Positions 1 through 13,240 of a stretch of DNA of 64,000 nt are shown piece after piece. This stretch comes from Eledone cirrhosa (Eukaryota). The stretch lies in contig OZ024743.1 in the NCBI GenBank assembly GCA_964016885.1, positions 10,044,001-10,108,000 on the forward strand. The letters run 5' to 3'. A program made the translations under genes and the position numbers. The notes under the pieces are model-generated. The model did not search any database. It worked only from the letters and a program-made list of their open reading frames with translations, and was not told where the DNA came from. Position 1 is the first letter of the stretch. Every line of letters begins with the position of its first letter.

Positions 1-495
1 GTACTTGACTGTGAATTTTTTTATCGACATGGAAAGGATGAAAGGAAACGTTGACCTCGGCGATATTTGAATTCAGAGAGTCGGAACAAATACCATAAAG
101 TATGTTCTAACGACGCTGCCGATTTGCCGCAAAGAATAATGATAATTGTTTCTACTTTTGGCACAAGGCCAGCAATTACCCAGTGTATTACTGGTACTTT
201 ATTTTATCGACCCCATAAGGATGAAAGGCAAAGTTAACCTCGGCGGGATTTGAACTCAGAATGGCAAGGGCCGTAACTCTATGCGTCAAAGCATGGCGTC
301 CGACCCTCTACCGATACTGCCAATCCACATAATTGTTTCTACTTTTGGTACGAGGCCAGCAGTATATTACTAGTACTTTATTTTATCGACCCCATAAGGA
401 GGAAAGGCAAAGTTAACCTCGGCGGGATTTGAACTCAGACCGTAAAGGGACGTAACTATGCTAGAAAGCAGGGCGCCCAACCCTCTACCGATTGA
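1..495 (-). mobile_element. Three head-to-tail copies of tRNA-derived SINE family A (approx. 1-125, 142-328, 329-495)
   Basis: Each repeats tttatcgac...aaggatgaaaggcaaagttaacctcggcgggatttgaactcaga, the reverse complement of a B box (GAGTTCAAATCC) plus body. Matches the plus-strand copy at 16712-16900. Confidence 0.85.
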
Positions 496-1728
496 AGTTG
501 TAGCTGCACTATTGCAAATACCAATCGAATTGTTTGAGGCAGTCACAAAGCACTAGTGCAAAAGTTAATACACCAAGAAAAGCTAAGCAAATGAACGTGG
601 CCATATTATACTACAACCACGATAAATACAAACATATATGCATGTATATGTGTGCGTGTATTTGTTTGTTCGTGTTTCGGTGTGAGCATGAGATCGCGTG
701 TGTGTTTATATATATATATACTTTGTTCAAACTGATATAACTTGTTGCTGCATATGATGGATCCCTATCAGTCTGGATAAACCATGACTTCGAAATATAT
801 GTGAGTTGAGTGAATTCTTATAAAGTTGTGATTTAAAAACGTCTCGGAGAAATAAGAGTTAAGCAATGGTCCTTAAAATGTTTTTTAAGGAGCAATATAT
901 TTTGTACCAGAGTATACACGGAGCGATAACTATGTAACGTTTCTAGCTATTTTGCCTCAGCTTTGCAAAATTCAACTGTTTATAGATTTTGAGTGCAACT
1001 CATAGCAACAAGTTTTTAGATGCTTCCTATACTATTATGGACAGTGTGGTATTACATGTTACCCAAATAATTCTGGAATTGTTGCTTTTCCAGCCAAAAT
1101 AGATTCATAGTCTCCACTTGCGATCATATTGCTGTCTCAGATATTAATTATTTCTCTATCTACATACGCTTTCTTACATTTTATCCGCACCATTTTACAA
1201 TGTATCAACAATAGCGGACTTGTGAATTATATTTCGTCAGTGCCTGAAATCGATTGTTTTTATTTTATATTGACAGTTTGGGTAGAACTATATCTCAGTT
1301 TTCGCTACGTACTTGTAAATGTTGTATGTTACCATTCAGAAATACATCAATTATGCTCTGGTAGTATATAGATAGTATCACCAATACCGCATGATATTTC
1401 AATAAAAGCAGTTTATAACCTTCGTAAATCAACTCGTAAACTTTATGCTGATAGTGCCTTTGTACGAAATCGGTTGTTAGAGTTCTAAGTATGAAAATAA
1501 CTATTTACATTTAGTATACTAAATCAACTGATTGTGGGTTTTTGACAAAAATGTTTCGTCTAATCAAATAATAGGGTCTATATCGACAAGGATATATATA
1601 TATATATATATATATATAGTAATAATAATAAATTTGAAGACTAAAATCCAAAGAGGGCTCGATAAGGATAAATATATATCAAATATATAAGAACCGTAGA
1701 GCAAATATTTATTAAAATAACAGATTAA

Positions 1729-1779
1729 AGTTTAAGCAAAGAATCGCTGCTTTCACCCTTAACGGGATCTTCTGAAACT
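1729..1779 (-). ncRNA. Type I hammerhead-like motif, variant core CAGAAGA
   Basis: Reverse complement of 1951-2001. Confidence 0.55.
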
Positions 1780-1950
1780 AACAAAGTCAATCTGTGAACG
1801 CAGAAGTAAATATTTCAAAAAACGTTGCAACCGGAGGAAGACAGGAAGACGATACTTTGGTTCCTGGAAACGTTCCCTGGCAAAGAACGGGAAAAAACGA
1901 ATATAATACATCATTATTTGGAGCGGTGAAAAACAATTTCACGCAAAGAC

Positions 1951-2001
1951 AGTTTCAGAAGATCCCGTTAAGGGTGAAAGCAGCGATTCTTTGCTTAAAC
2001 T
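1951..2001 (+). ncRNA. Type I hammerhead-like motif, variant core CAGAAGA
   Basis: agttt-CAGAAGA-tcccgttaagggt-GAAA-gca(gcgattctt)tgc-TT-aaact. Stem I agttt/aaact, stem II ccc/ggg, stem III agca/tgct. Confidence 0.55.
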
Positions 2002-2017
2002 TTAATCTGTTATTTTA

Positions 2018-2104
<87 letters not shown>

Positions 2105-5100
2105 TGTGTGTGTGTGTACAGAAAACAAATTATTCAACGAGTTGATTTAGTTGGTATAAGATATTATATTATTAGTGCTGACGTTTTAGGAACATAAACA
2201 TGTTTTATTTAATTCAACCTAAGATCATATATTTCAGATGGCGTTAATTAGAAAATGGGGAGCAGAATTAGTTGAGATGATTGTTTGTCTGAGAGCTTCT
2301 GACTTTTGTACAAGTAATGAACTGTGACCATAAATAGGGATATTACTAATACATAATCTCAAATATATACTATGGGAAGTTGCAACTAACTGCGTATTGG
2401 AATATGATCACTGAATGCGTGGCAAATGCTTTGTTGGATTACAATTTTGAGTCGTAATACTCGCTCTAAGTAAAAGGTGTTACACAAAAGTAGACTTAAA
2501 TATATCCTGGGAGTAGTATAAACTTACTTTTGTAACTGAGGACTGTTACATTTTCCAAAACTATTAGAATACACAAGTAAAGGGAATGAACTTCAGACTA
2601 ATTAAAACTGGTTCATATCCTCAACTAACTAAAATATCCTTTGCTTGGTTGCGCTTGGTATCTTTAGATATGTCTTCCTGTAGAATACCGCAGAAGATTT
2701 TGAAAGAAGCCTATAGAAATCTTCCCTGAAATATTTCATTTCATAATAGTGATAAACAGCAACACAACATATTTCCTCACTTCAATTACTGTGCAGTGTT
2801 GTGGTCGCTATAGTGATTACTTCATGTCTCGAGGTCACGAAATTTCCTGCGTCTGTATTGTGATTAACAGGGTTTTCTTTGGCGTGTTGTAGTTACTACT
2901 ACATCGTAACCAACTGCACTCTGATCATTATATGGCTTCTGTTATGTTTGACATTCCCATTATAATTTGTTTGGGGATTTTTTTCTAAACTCTGTTCCTT
3001 TGTGTTTTGTCCCTAAACTGTTGTCATGACTATGCTAAGTAATTCAAATTTGTATTCAGTGTGGTGTGCTGTGTGCAACGATCAATACACAATATCTGTA
3101 AGTACACCACAATTCTATAGTTATACAACTGTGTTCTACATTTTATGAACACTTTTCTATATTTTGGTGAGTTGGGATAGATAATACTATTCCTGTCGTA
3201 AAGTATCTTAAGGTATTGAGGTCAGCATATTACATACTATTGTATCTGGTTTGCTATGCATGTGCTAACTCTTTGACGATAACTTACTGATATTGCTCAC
3301 TGTTTGAAGATATTCTCTGCTATCGAATTATATATTTCTGGATAACTTTACGTCCACAAACTCCCTTTTGCGTTTCCGTCAATTTTCGATTAAAGCTAAA
3401 TGTGAAAAATACAAACCATTCATGCATAGTATGTGTAACTACACTTGAATGTGGAGCTCATTCATGCATACACACTTCTCTGCTTATTTAATTCCACCAT
3501 TTCCATTAAAACCAGTATTCCCTGCGCATGCTCACTTGGCTCGAATTTATGGAATCTTCTTTGTTTCCGATGTTCTCAGCTCATGCAAGAAAATATGACG
3601 TATTTCTTTGTTTACATTCTTACTGTTTAAATAATCCTGATGGATTAGAAATATTCGATGGTAATGCCAAGCTGATGTTCAACAACTTTAGTCCCTAGAG
3701 ATGTTTACGTGATAATGTCATTTTGATATGACGCAAGTCAAAGGTAAGACAAAATCAGTCCCCATGAATAATAGAAATTTTATTCATAGAAACAATTATG
3801 GGCTCTATTTCTTCCAAAATTTAGAATGACCGTTCTGTTTTTAATCTAGCGCATTATGCCTTATGAATGACTATGTCTTTGGTTTTGTCGAGAAAAGTAT
3901 TGATGTGAATTCCTTATTCTTAGCTATATCTCTTTATTGTTGTCCTTCCTTCTAGTTTCACTATCTTTTACTTTTACTAGCTATTTGGTCTTTTGATATC
4001 ATTATGGCAGCTGCATTTTGAGTCGAAATAATTTAATCTTATTAACTAAATATTTTATGGAATATTTATACTTTACGACACATTTGGTAAAGTTCCCTGG
4101 AATTAGGCTGAAGACTTAAAATCTGGCTTTCTAAAAGATTTTAAATTCAATGACATAAACCAAAACAAGTCGTGTGTCTTTCTGAGGATAAACGCTTTAG
4201 AGGAGTTTTCTTTAACATTACAGATTGGCTATTTAGACTTCTGGTCTTCTTCATGAAATCATAAATATACAAGATGTGTTTCCATATTCACCAGATGGTT
4301 CACAACATAAGGTTAACATAATATTTTACTAAATGATTGCCAAACATCAAAGGTGAAAGTTGGCAAACGTTTGACTTATATAAACACAAGTTATCTTATT
4401 TCGAGAGTTGCATTAATGATTCATATTCTATTGATATTTCCTTCAAAACTTTATTTCTAGAACTGACATCATCTCTTATATTGTCATAATTACCGAACTT
4501 CATGCTAAATTAAATAAAGCATTAGAAAATAGGTACCTCCACATTGTTAGAAACGTTCCATTCAACAATTAATTTATTATTCAGCTACGATTCTTCACAA
4601 GAATAGTTCTATCAATTGGATCATATTTTGAATATTGGTTGAAAAACAATCGTTGTAAATTCATGCTAGGGTTGTTTTATAGCAATGGAAATAAAATGTA
4701 GTCAAGAGAAATAAAACGGAACAATATTCTAACAGTGTGAGCAGCAATAGAGATATCAAAATGATATTCAGATTAACCCTTTAGCAAAATCAAATACTAA
4801 AAATCTACTTAAAGACAACTGTCAACTCTGTTGGGGCAGACGGTACAGTTCTATCTGCCACCGTGTTATAATAACAGATATAACTCAAAGTATTCTTAAA
4901 ACGTCCATTCACCAGCTTCTCCGTGTCAAATTTCATTTATTTCTAAATCGCATCCATATGAGCCGGTGGTGTTTACCGCCACGAAACAATCTGGTAATGC
5001 AAAAATAAGTCAAAATGTTCTCAACTTCCACATTATGTGTTGAATGCTCTTTTCTTTCGTTAGTTTACAAACATGTATTTACACTACTAGCTGTACGCTT

Positions 5101-5275
5101 AATTCATTTTAAAAGACGATAATCAATGACCAAGGAAAGCAGGAGATGCACCGTTCGATTATTTCATGCACTTCTGTCTACATTTGTTAATCACCAGGGG
5201 TACTTATTCAATTATTATTCATAGTTAGCAATGAGTTTTATTGTTACTTTTATAGTTGTGGCGACTATATTTTCG

Positions 5276-5401
<126 letters not shown>

Positions 5402-5715
5402 CTCGAATATCGAGTTTTGAAACGCAAGTGTATTAGAATTAGTATGAAAATGGAAAAGCTCGGCGTAAGGAAGCTGTTAAAACAGCAACATACCGTCGAA
5501 ATGACGTTAGGTAAAACATTAACCCAGAGGAAAGAAATCAGTGGCTGGGAGTGAGTTGATTCGAAGAATTGATAGGAAGGAAGAAATAGAATGTATGAGA
5601 GGAGATAACAAACATCGCGCGTTTCACCGAGTTGACAATCTGTTGGGTGGAAAGCGCGTCCTCGAGGATGTTTTACTAATTTATTGTGGAACTAAATTTA
5701 TGTATATATACATAT

Positions 5716-6566
5716 ATTTAAATTATTGACGTATTGTTTTATTGATATTTTTTATCTGTTTGTCCCGAATCTTCTATTATCGATTTTTTATCGTATGGTT
5801 GATTGTAGACTTGTTCTATATGTGACGGTATTTTAACGATAGTTATAGCTCTGATTCATCTGAATTATTGAGCCCTCTGCCGCTCATTTCGAATTTTGTT
5901 TATCGTGAACTCGTGCGCCGATTTTTCGATACTCGATCTTTCTAATATATTTAGCTCTGGACATAGCTATCCACCAGTTAATTTTATTGCTCATTTTTTG
6001 TTGATTCTATTGAGTGATGAATAGCTTTTGTTTTATTTTAACATGTCTATTGAGCACTCTTATTCGATATGTGTATTTCCACATTCCCTCGAATTGTTTT
6101 CGCGGATATAGAGGTTATCTCCCTTGTCTAATGCCATGTGCGTTTTTCACTGGTAGTTAGCCCCTCTACCGCCAGGAAAAAAGCTCGTTGAGAAAGTAAA
6201 CTCCGTTCCGCTTACTCTAGTAGGCTTTTATATTTATATGTGAGCTGATAGAGTACAGTCTAAGGATTTACAGAAACCCATGAAGCTAGATTTAACACCT
6301 GTCTAGTGGGTCCGGGTATGATTTTACATTCATTTAAATTATTGACGTATTGTTTTATTGATATTTTTTATCTGTTTGTCCCGAATCTTCTATTATCGAT
6401 TTTTTATCGTATGGTTGATTGTAGACTTGTTCTATATGTGACGGTATTTTAACGATAGTTATAGCTCTGATTCATCTGAATTATTGAGCCCTCTGCCGCT
6501 CATTTCGAATTTTGTTTATCGTGAACTCGTGCGCCGATTTTTCGATACTCGATCTTTCTAATATAT
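5716..6566. repeat. ~235-bp direct repeat (5716-5950 and 6332-6566) around a ~380-bp spacer
   Basis: atttaaattattgacgtattg...cgatctttctaatatat occurs twice, apparently identical, offset 616 bp. Confidence 0.9.
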
Positions 6567-7177
6567 ATATATATATATATATATGCGTCAGAATGATGAT
6601 GAAATTTTATTATTAATGTTACGATGTTCAGATGTTTTCTCCATCGTAATTTCATCTACATTTTTCTACTTTGCAATGTTTCTGAAGATAAACGAGTGAT
6701 GCGAAATTGGGTGTCAAGATAAATTAATCGATTTCATTCTTAGATTTTAGTATATGGATTTATTCCTATATAATAAAATGCGGCTTAAACGAAACTTTTC
6801 CCATTTCCTTATTTCATATTTCATCTTGCTGGAGGACGTATAAGACTAATGGAATGTTTTATATTTTTTCATCATTCTTTCGTATTTGTTATTTAAATGT
6901 TCTTTGCACCTACATGTTCGTGCAACACCTTGAATTGGTTTACCCAAAGTGTTTTTTATTTCACTCAGTTATATAAATGTGTTGCGACATCACTGGTCCC
7001 AAGCTGTATAGGACTTTGTCTCCCCCTTGAACAACATCAGTGACGTGGAAAGGGGAGGCTGTTATGCATGGGCGGCTGCTGGTCTTACACGGAAACAGCT
7101 TGTCCGAGCTTGTGCTTCAGAAGGAACATTCTAGTTGAAAAATACGTGGTCATTTGTGACCGAAAGGATCCTTAACG

Positions 7178-7766
<589 letters not shown>

Positions 7767-9279
7767 ACCTCGTTTCATCGAATAAAGGGGTTAGATTCTA
7801 ATTCCATTAAAAATATATTTCTTAGTTTAGTTAGTCGTCATCAATATCATCGAAAGAAAATCTCATTATGAAATGTTTACTAGAATTGTTAAATTTTTCC
7901 CTGTTCGGAGTCAGTCAAGCATATCTAAAATGTTCAATACAAAGCTTGACTTAAAAAAATCCCAAAGTATATTCCACAGTTAAATTTTATTTGATGGCTC
8001 TCTTTCAGATGGCTGCATATATAATGGTAGAATGAATACTTCGCCGAGTGTTTCTTTCCGTACTGATTGTTTCAAAATCTTCGTGTTCTCTTTTGTTGTT
8101 TTCCGCTGTAACATATTTTGGTGAAGAATTCTAGTCTAATCCTCTTTGTTTCCAAATCCTCGGTTTTAAATATCTTGATACTATATTGATCTTGTTTTCT
8201 ATAACGTGATTTGTTGTTAACCAGAGCAGAGTTCTTGGTGAAATTCACCTCATTGTGAAAACTATTACAATAACACATTCTTAGAAACATATTTGATTGT
8301 TGTGGATTTCATAGTGTAATCAACAGTATACTACAATACTTAACTGAATGACTTCAGTTTAAATTAAAATCTGGATGAACTCTACTTTACTTCCAAAATT
8401 ATTGTTCCTTTTCATGGCCTCATATGAACATTTTGTAAGGAGTCATGACTGGTAGCTGTTAGTAAATTAGTTGATTCTTTCAAGAACCATATGGATAACT
8501 AATAGACCTCAGAATAGAATGTTACCTCAGTTACCAAGAAAATCTTAAATCTTGATAAACTAAACTAACATAGTATAAACATACCACTTCATATTTTGGG
8601 TTCGCTTCTGCAGCAAACTTTTCTTTTGTGCTTCTATATGATAATAGGCTTTATTTCAGTTAGAGTTTAATTAAGCGTCAGGTTTTGAGATATTTGGCTG
8701 TAATTTTAAATTCGACTGATATTGTTCTACTAATTTAGAATAATTTCACTTTTATTCAGAACTGTAATTACCTTCTTTGATTCATGTCCTTTGATTTATC
8801 AACCTATAGCGTTTGATTATGTCAACCAAGTTATTTCAATCGATGTTTAAATCTTAGAAAATAGAATGCTGTAGGTTTGCTTTTAATTATTCAAACCAAC
8901 TTTAGAGAAACATGCCTGATGAAACATTTCCTTGGAAGTAATGTGCTTATGAATGATGCTGATATTTGTATGTTGGATGAGAGAAGTCGGGCTAAACTAT
9001 ATTGAAATGATTTCTACTCATGACCATCCCCTCTTTTTTTAAAGATATAATGTATCATTAGATCGCATTATCCAATATGTTCTTCATTTCTCAAACGGTA
9101 ATGGGTGGTTAATGAATTTAGCTGTTATTTCTAGCATGTTGAAAGACTACGCCACGACTTACTTGATTCAGTAAAATTTCCCAGATTGGCTTATAACGAG
9201 AGAGTATGCTTTAGAATGTTGTTGTAGTGGGGATTTGGAGTATTGCGTATCTGACTGTTTGGGAGGTAGGGTTTCATAT

Positions 9280-10018
9280 AGTGACAAATAGTTCTCCCGG
9301 GTCCAGATATTTTTTTCAATATTAATTTTTAAATTAAATATGATTTAATGAGAGCCAAGGATTTATCTTCACTTTTATGCACGAGTTGCACATTTTTTCT
9401 AATTTTGCGGGGACTGAATCACATCTATCTAGGATTTTCTATTTAATAATTACTTCTATTTTTGGCAAAAGGCCAGCAATTATCCCAGTGCATTACTGGT
9501 ACTTTATTTTATCGACCCCGTAAGGATGAGAGGCAAAGTTAACCTCGGTGGGATTTTAACTCAGACTGTAAAGGGTCGTAACTCTATGCTGCAAAGTATG
9601 GCGTCCAACCTCTACTGATACGGCCAGTAGAAAAAAAAAATTTTCCCGGATGTAGTCGACCAATTGTGTATTGTTCTTTTTATCTAAGTGTTTAAAAGAT
9701 CGTGTATGATAAAACATTGTTTAGTGTTTTTTATATCTAGCCTATGTAACGTTAATGAGTTTCTACTGTTGTGTTCTATAAATCATTACTTCTAAGTTGC
9801 ATATAATGTCTAGTGGGCTTATATTAGGGATTTGGGGAATGAGGTCTCTTGCTATATTAGTTTTCATATTGAGTAAATAGCAAAGTGAAAACTCAGTTAT
9901 TTTGGTGTATTTTTCCATTTATATCAGTGGCAAGTTAGGTGCGTAGGTAATTTGTTTAGCTTGTAAGGCCTCTATCTAATATTGGGCTACCTTTTCAATT
10001 AATTCCTTATTCAAAGAC
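9280..10018 (-). pseudogene. Decayed Penelope-like (Naiad-like) RT-thumb/GIY-YIG endonuclease region, interrupted by a SINE
   Basis: Manual minus-strand translation across stops and frameshifts: LSLNKELIEKVAQY*, PLDIICNLEVMIYRT, RYIG, HTRSFKHLDKKNNTQLVDYIRE, then after the SINE IK*KILDRC...KMCNSCIKVK. These follow the PLE GIY-YIG motif order. Confidence 0.7.
9447..9628 (-). mobile_element. SINE family A copy inserted into the GIY-YIG remnant
   Basis: Aligns by eye to 142-328. Confidence 0.85.
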
Positions 10019-10064
10019 AAATATATATATATATATATATTGGGTGAGTGTGGAAAACCAAACG

Positions 10065-10278
10065 TCATTGTTGAAAGTCTGGATTTCGCAAAATACATAT
10101 TTTTTATTGGAGAAGGTAAGGTGTTTTTCCGCAAAAATTTGATTGCACTGTTTTGTTTCCACCTATGTATTTTTTTTAAATATTATTTATTCATTATAAA
10201 AATTAAATAATAGCATTCTATATGTAGGTGGGCCCCTTTCATCTGGCAACCAATATTTTAGACCTAGTCCGCCACTGT
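10065..10278 (-). mobile_element. Probable hAT-type MITE end, copy 1
   Basis: ~215-bp repeat shared with 10941-11158. The minus strand begins CAGTGGCGG, a hAT-like terminus, next to TA repeats. Confidence 0.5.
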
Positions 10279-10603
10279 GTATATATAATGCCAATCATTG
10301 TAAGTTTGAATCTAACTTACATGCAAAAACATATATATATCACACAGAGAAAGAGAGTGAGAGAGAGAGGAGAGGAGGAAAAACAGAGAAGGGGTAGAAA
10401 TGAGGTGCAACAGAAATGAAACATGGATTACAGGTTGAAATGTAGTCTGGATAGATGGGAAACAAAACACCCAAATGATTTAGAAGTCGACCTTAAGTAG
10501 GAACAATAACATTAAGAAAGACATGAACGACACCACATCATTATGTTTTGAAAATTTTGAAAGTAGGTTTATAAGTATGAATTTTTATAACAAATTCGTA
10601 GTT

Positions 10604-10691
10604 GTCTCTGTGGCCTAGTGGGATGTACTAGAGATGGTGGAGATCCTGACCTTGGGTTCAATCCTGGTCAAGAGGTACATGTAACCTTTTT
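10604..10691 (+). promoter_or_regulatory. tRNA-like Pol III unit (A box TGGCCTAGTGG, B box GGTTCAATCC, T5 terminator)
   Basis: Boxes at 10611 and 10655 with tRNA-like spacing; TTTTT at 10687. Confidence 0.6.
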
Positions 10692-10715
10692 CAGTTTTTA
10701 TTTTACAACCAATAG

Positions 10716-10818
10716 AAAAAAACTGAAAAGGTTTATCGGGAGCCCTACTCCCGACCAGGATTGAACTTCAGACCAGGAACGCTACCGTCGATGATTCCTC
10801 CAACTGGGCCACCAAGAC
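10716..10818 (-). promoter_or_regulatory. tRNA-like Pol III unit (A box TGGCCCAGTTGG, B box AGTTCAATCC, oligo-T terminator)
   Basis: Minus strand reads gtcttggTGGCCCAGTTGG...aAGTTCAATCCtggtcgggag...cttttcagttttttt. Confidence 0.6.
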
Positions 10819-10940
10819 AGGTACAAAAGTATAATGAAAATTGATAAATATAAACCTACTTTCAAAATCAAAGTTAAAAAGATGTGGTGTCGTTCATGGC
10901 TTTCCTAGAGCTATTAGTAATATTTAGGGTCGACTTCTGG

Positions 10941-11158
10941 TCATTATTGAAAGTCTCTGGATTTCGCAAAATACATATTTTTTATTGGAGAAGGTAAGAT
11001 ATTTTTCTGCAAAATTTTGATTGCACTGTTTTGTTTCCACCTATGTATTTTTTGAAGATGTTATTTATTCATTATAAAAATTAAATGATAGCATCCTATA
11101 TGTAGGTGGGCCCCTTCATCTCCTGGCAACCAATATTTTTAGACCCAGTGCGCCACTG
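10941..11158 (-). mobile_element. Probable hAT-type MITE end, copy 2
   Basis: Direct repeat of 10065-10278, ending in cgccactg. Confidence 0.5.
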
Positions 11159-11391
11159 CATATATATATATATGCGCGCGTGTGTATGTGTGTGTGTGCA
11201 TATGTGTGTGTGTATCTGAAGTTGTCGACGAGTATGCAGTTGTATGCCCCCTCTGGCGATGCAGGACTGTGGTAGGGCGCAGTCAGGCTAATCTGAAAAT
11301 ATATCGATAATTGTTTGTCGAACTTTCCCCCATTCTAATATAAAGCGTGAAACTAATAAGACTTTTTGTACCTCTGTTTGTTGCCTCCTTG

Positions 11392-11425
<34 letters not shown>

Positions 11426-12006
11426 TTAATACATTAACAGAGAAAGCTAATAGCGATACTTCGACCAGCTTCCATCTCCCTCAACAAACATTTGCAGATA
11501 CCTAAGTATATTCCTAATTATACGTTTGGGGCGCTAAATATATTGTATTATGTGGAAAGTCGGCTGTATTATTTTATATGAGACATAATTAAATAAATCT
11601 CACTTTCCATACGATCGTTCCGTTATAAGATTTCTACAAGGTGGGAGAAAAAAGTCCAGGTTATGTAGAAGCTTGCATATGATCAACAGATTTACTTGCA
11701 AGCGGGCCCTTATAACTCTTCAGTGGAATGCCCAGGCAATATATATATATATATATATTCATGTATACACATCGATACAACAGAAAAGAAATTCGGGATT
11801 AAAGACAGTTTTCAATCCTTACATGTTCTATTTTTCACCTAAATGGCACCTCATCTTGTAGGTTGCCATGAGTAGTTACGGCTCGAATAATTTTGAAACA
11901 CATGTTGCTTCTTTATACACGTTCTATCAACACAGACATTATATATACTTATATATATATATAACTGTGTAATCTTGCGTCCTCTGTTTTGTTTTGTTCC
12001 ATTTAT

Positions 12007-12075
<69 letters not shown>

Positions 12076-12786
12076 GCATATATATATATTGTTTATATCA
12101 TGTTTGTGACAACTTGGCTATTCTCAGAAGTCCAATTAAGAAACCTTAATTCTTAGTTATCTTGCGACTCTTTCTCTATTTGATATGAATATTCAGAAAG
12201 TAGGCAAATAAAAAAAATTGCAAGCATACACACTCACTCAATCACACACACATATATATATATATACTGGTCACTTGCTGTATAGATAACTTACTAATAA
12301 TGGAACCTTTTCATGCGTGCGATATTATTTTAATTAGATCCCAAAAGCCGTATTTATAGCTGGTCTTGAATACTATGTAATAGCATTTCATGTTATTAAT
12401 GTCTATTTTGTGATGTAAATAGATGTGGCATGGAAGAAGAAAACGAAAATGGCATACAGGCAAGAAATATATAAGAGTGTATTAACGGATATTATTAGTT
12501 CAAAGTCCAATTAGTTATTTACATATTTCCGCTTATTAATTGACCAACCAACGGATGCCATATCGTATTAGAATCATCTATATCTTGGCCATGTCATCTG
12601 CTCAACTAAAGCATGAATTTGATATTACTTTTCACCCATCAAATCTTGCATCGATCAAATCAAGTTCTCCGCTCATAACTTCAGGTCCGACAGCAGATAC
12701 CAACAACAACAACAGTAGAAGTAGCAACAGAAGTAGAACTAGTAGAAATGAAAGAAGTATAATTATTATTGTTATTATTATTATCA

Positions 12787-13240
12787 TCTTTGTCGTTTGG
12801 TCTTTGAAGACGTGCAATTCGGAGCTCCGTTAGGTTTGTGGATTTAACTTATGTAATTTGTATTTTGCTGTAATTTCTTTGCTCAAAAGAGGTCATAAGA
12901 CAACCATATTTACCTTGTGCAAAGAAGACCGCATAATATTTGGGTCTTGAGCCCAAATATTTGAACTTTACTTTGTGTAAAACAATTGTTATTCGTAAAA
13001 AAAACAAAAACATGGATGGAGTACTCCCCACGACGTTAAGCCGGTTGTCGCATGACAGCAACTCAAACGTTGGGAGGAAATGTACTGCTCTCACCTCCAC
13101 AACCATTATGAACAATGTGACAACTACCACCACAACAGACAACGTCGCCAACAACAACAACATTATTAGCAACAGCACCACTAACAACGTGAACAAAAAA
13201 GCATTATATGCAACAGCAAAAGCAAAACAAGTGAAAGCAA
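12787..13240 (+). mobile_element. 5' UTR and ORF1 start of a Tx1/L1-like element (truncated)
   Basis: Shares gagctccg..aggtttgt and gggYcttgagcccaaa.attt.aacttt with 19684-19905. ATG at 13012 opens a T/N-rich peptide ending NKKALYATAK, similar to NKKTTLCFARVAK in the 19.9 kb copy. Confidence 0.55.

Larger units (their letters stand above)
1619..2025. mobile_element. Penelope-like terminal (pLTR) fragment with 75-bp inverted duplication (1705-1779 / 1951-2025), flanked by (TA)n
   Basis: 1705-1950 is the reverse complement of about 47080-47307, the 3' region following a GIY-YIG tail. The two arms are exact inverted copies. Confidence 0.75.
10474..10945. repeat. ~470-bp imperfect palindrome containing two convergent tRNA-like units
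   Basis: Paired blocks agaagtcgacc/ggtcgacttct, catgaacgacaccacatc/gatgtggtgtcgttcatg, ttttgaaagtaggtttata/tataaacctactttcaaaa, aacctttttcagttttt/aaaaactgaaaaggtt. Confidence 0.85.

Noticed and set aside
2330-3400. Possible decayed LTR integrase on the minus strand (FCGILQEDIS, YSNTQLVATSHS)
   Set aside because: Motif similarity is too weak and fragmented to support without a search.
6960-7175. GC-richer segment resembling a dispersed SINE body, containing a twister-like ggtcccaag word
   Set aside because: Single copy in the window and no complete ribozyme fold; identity cannot be supported from this sequence alone.
11221-11298. HDV-like ribozyme candidate (gcc/ggc stem, gactgtg/cgcagtc hairpin, gctaa)
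   Set aside because: Could not build convincing P1, P1.1 and P2 helices.
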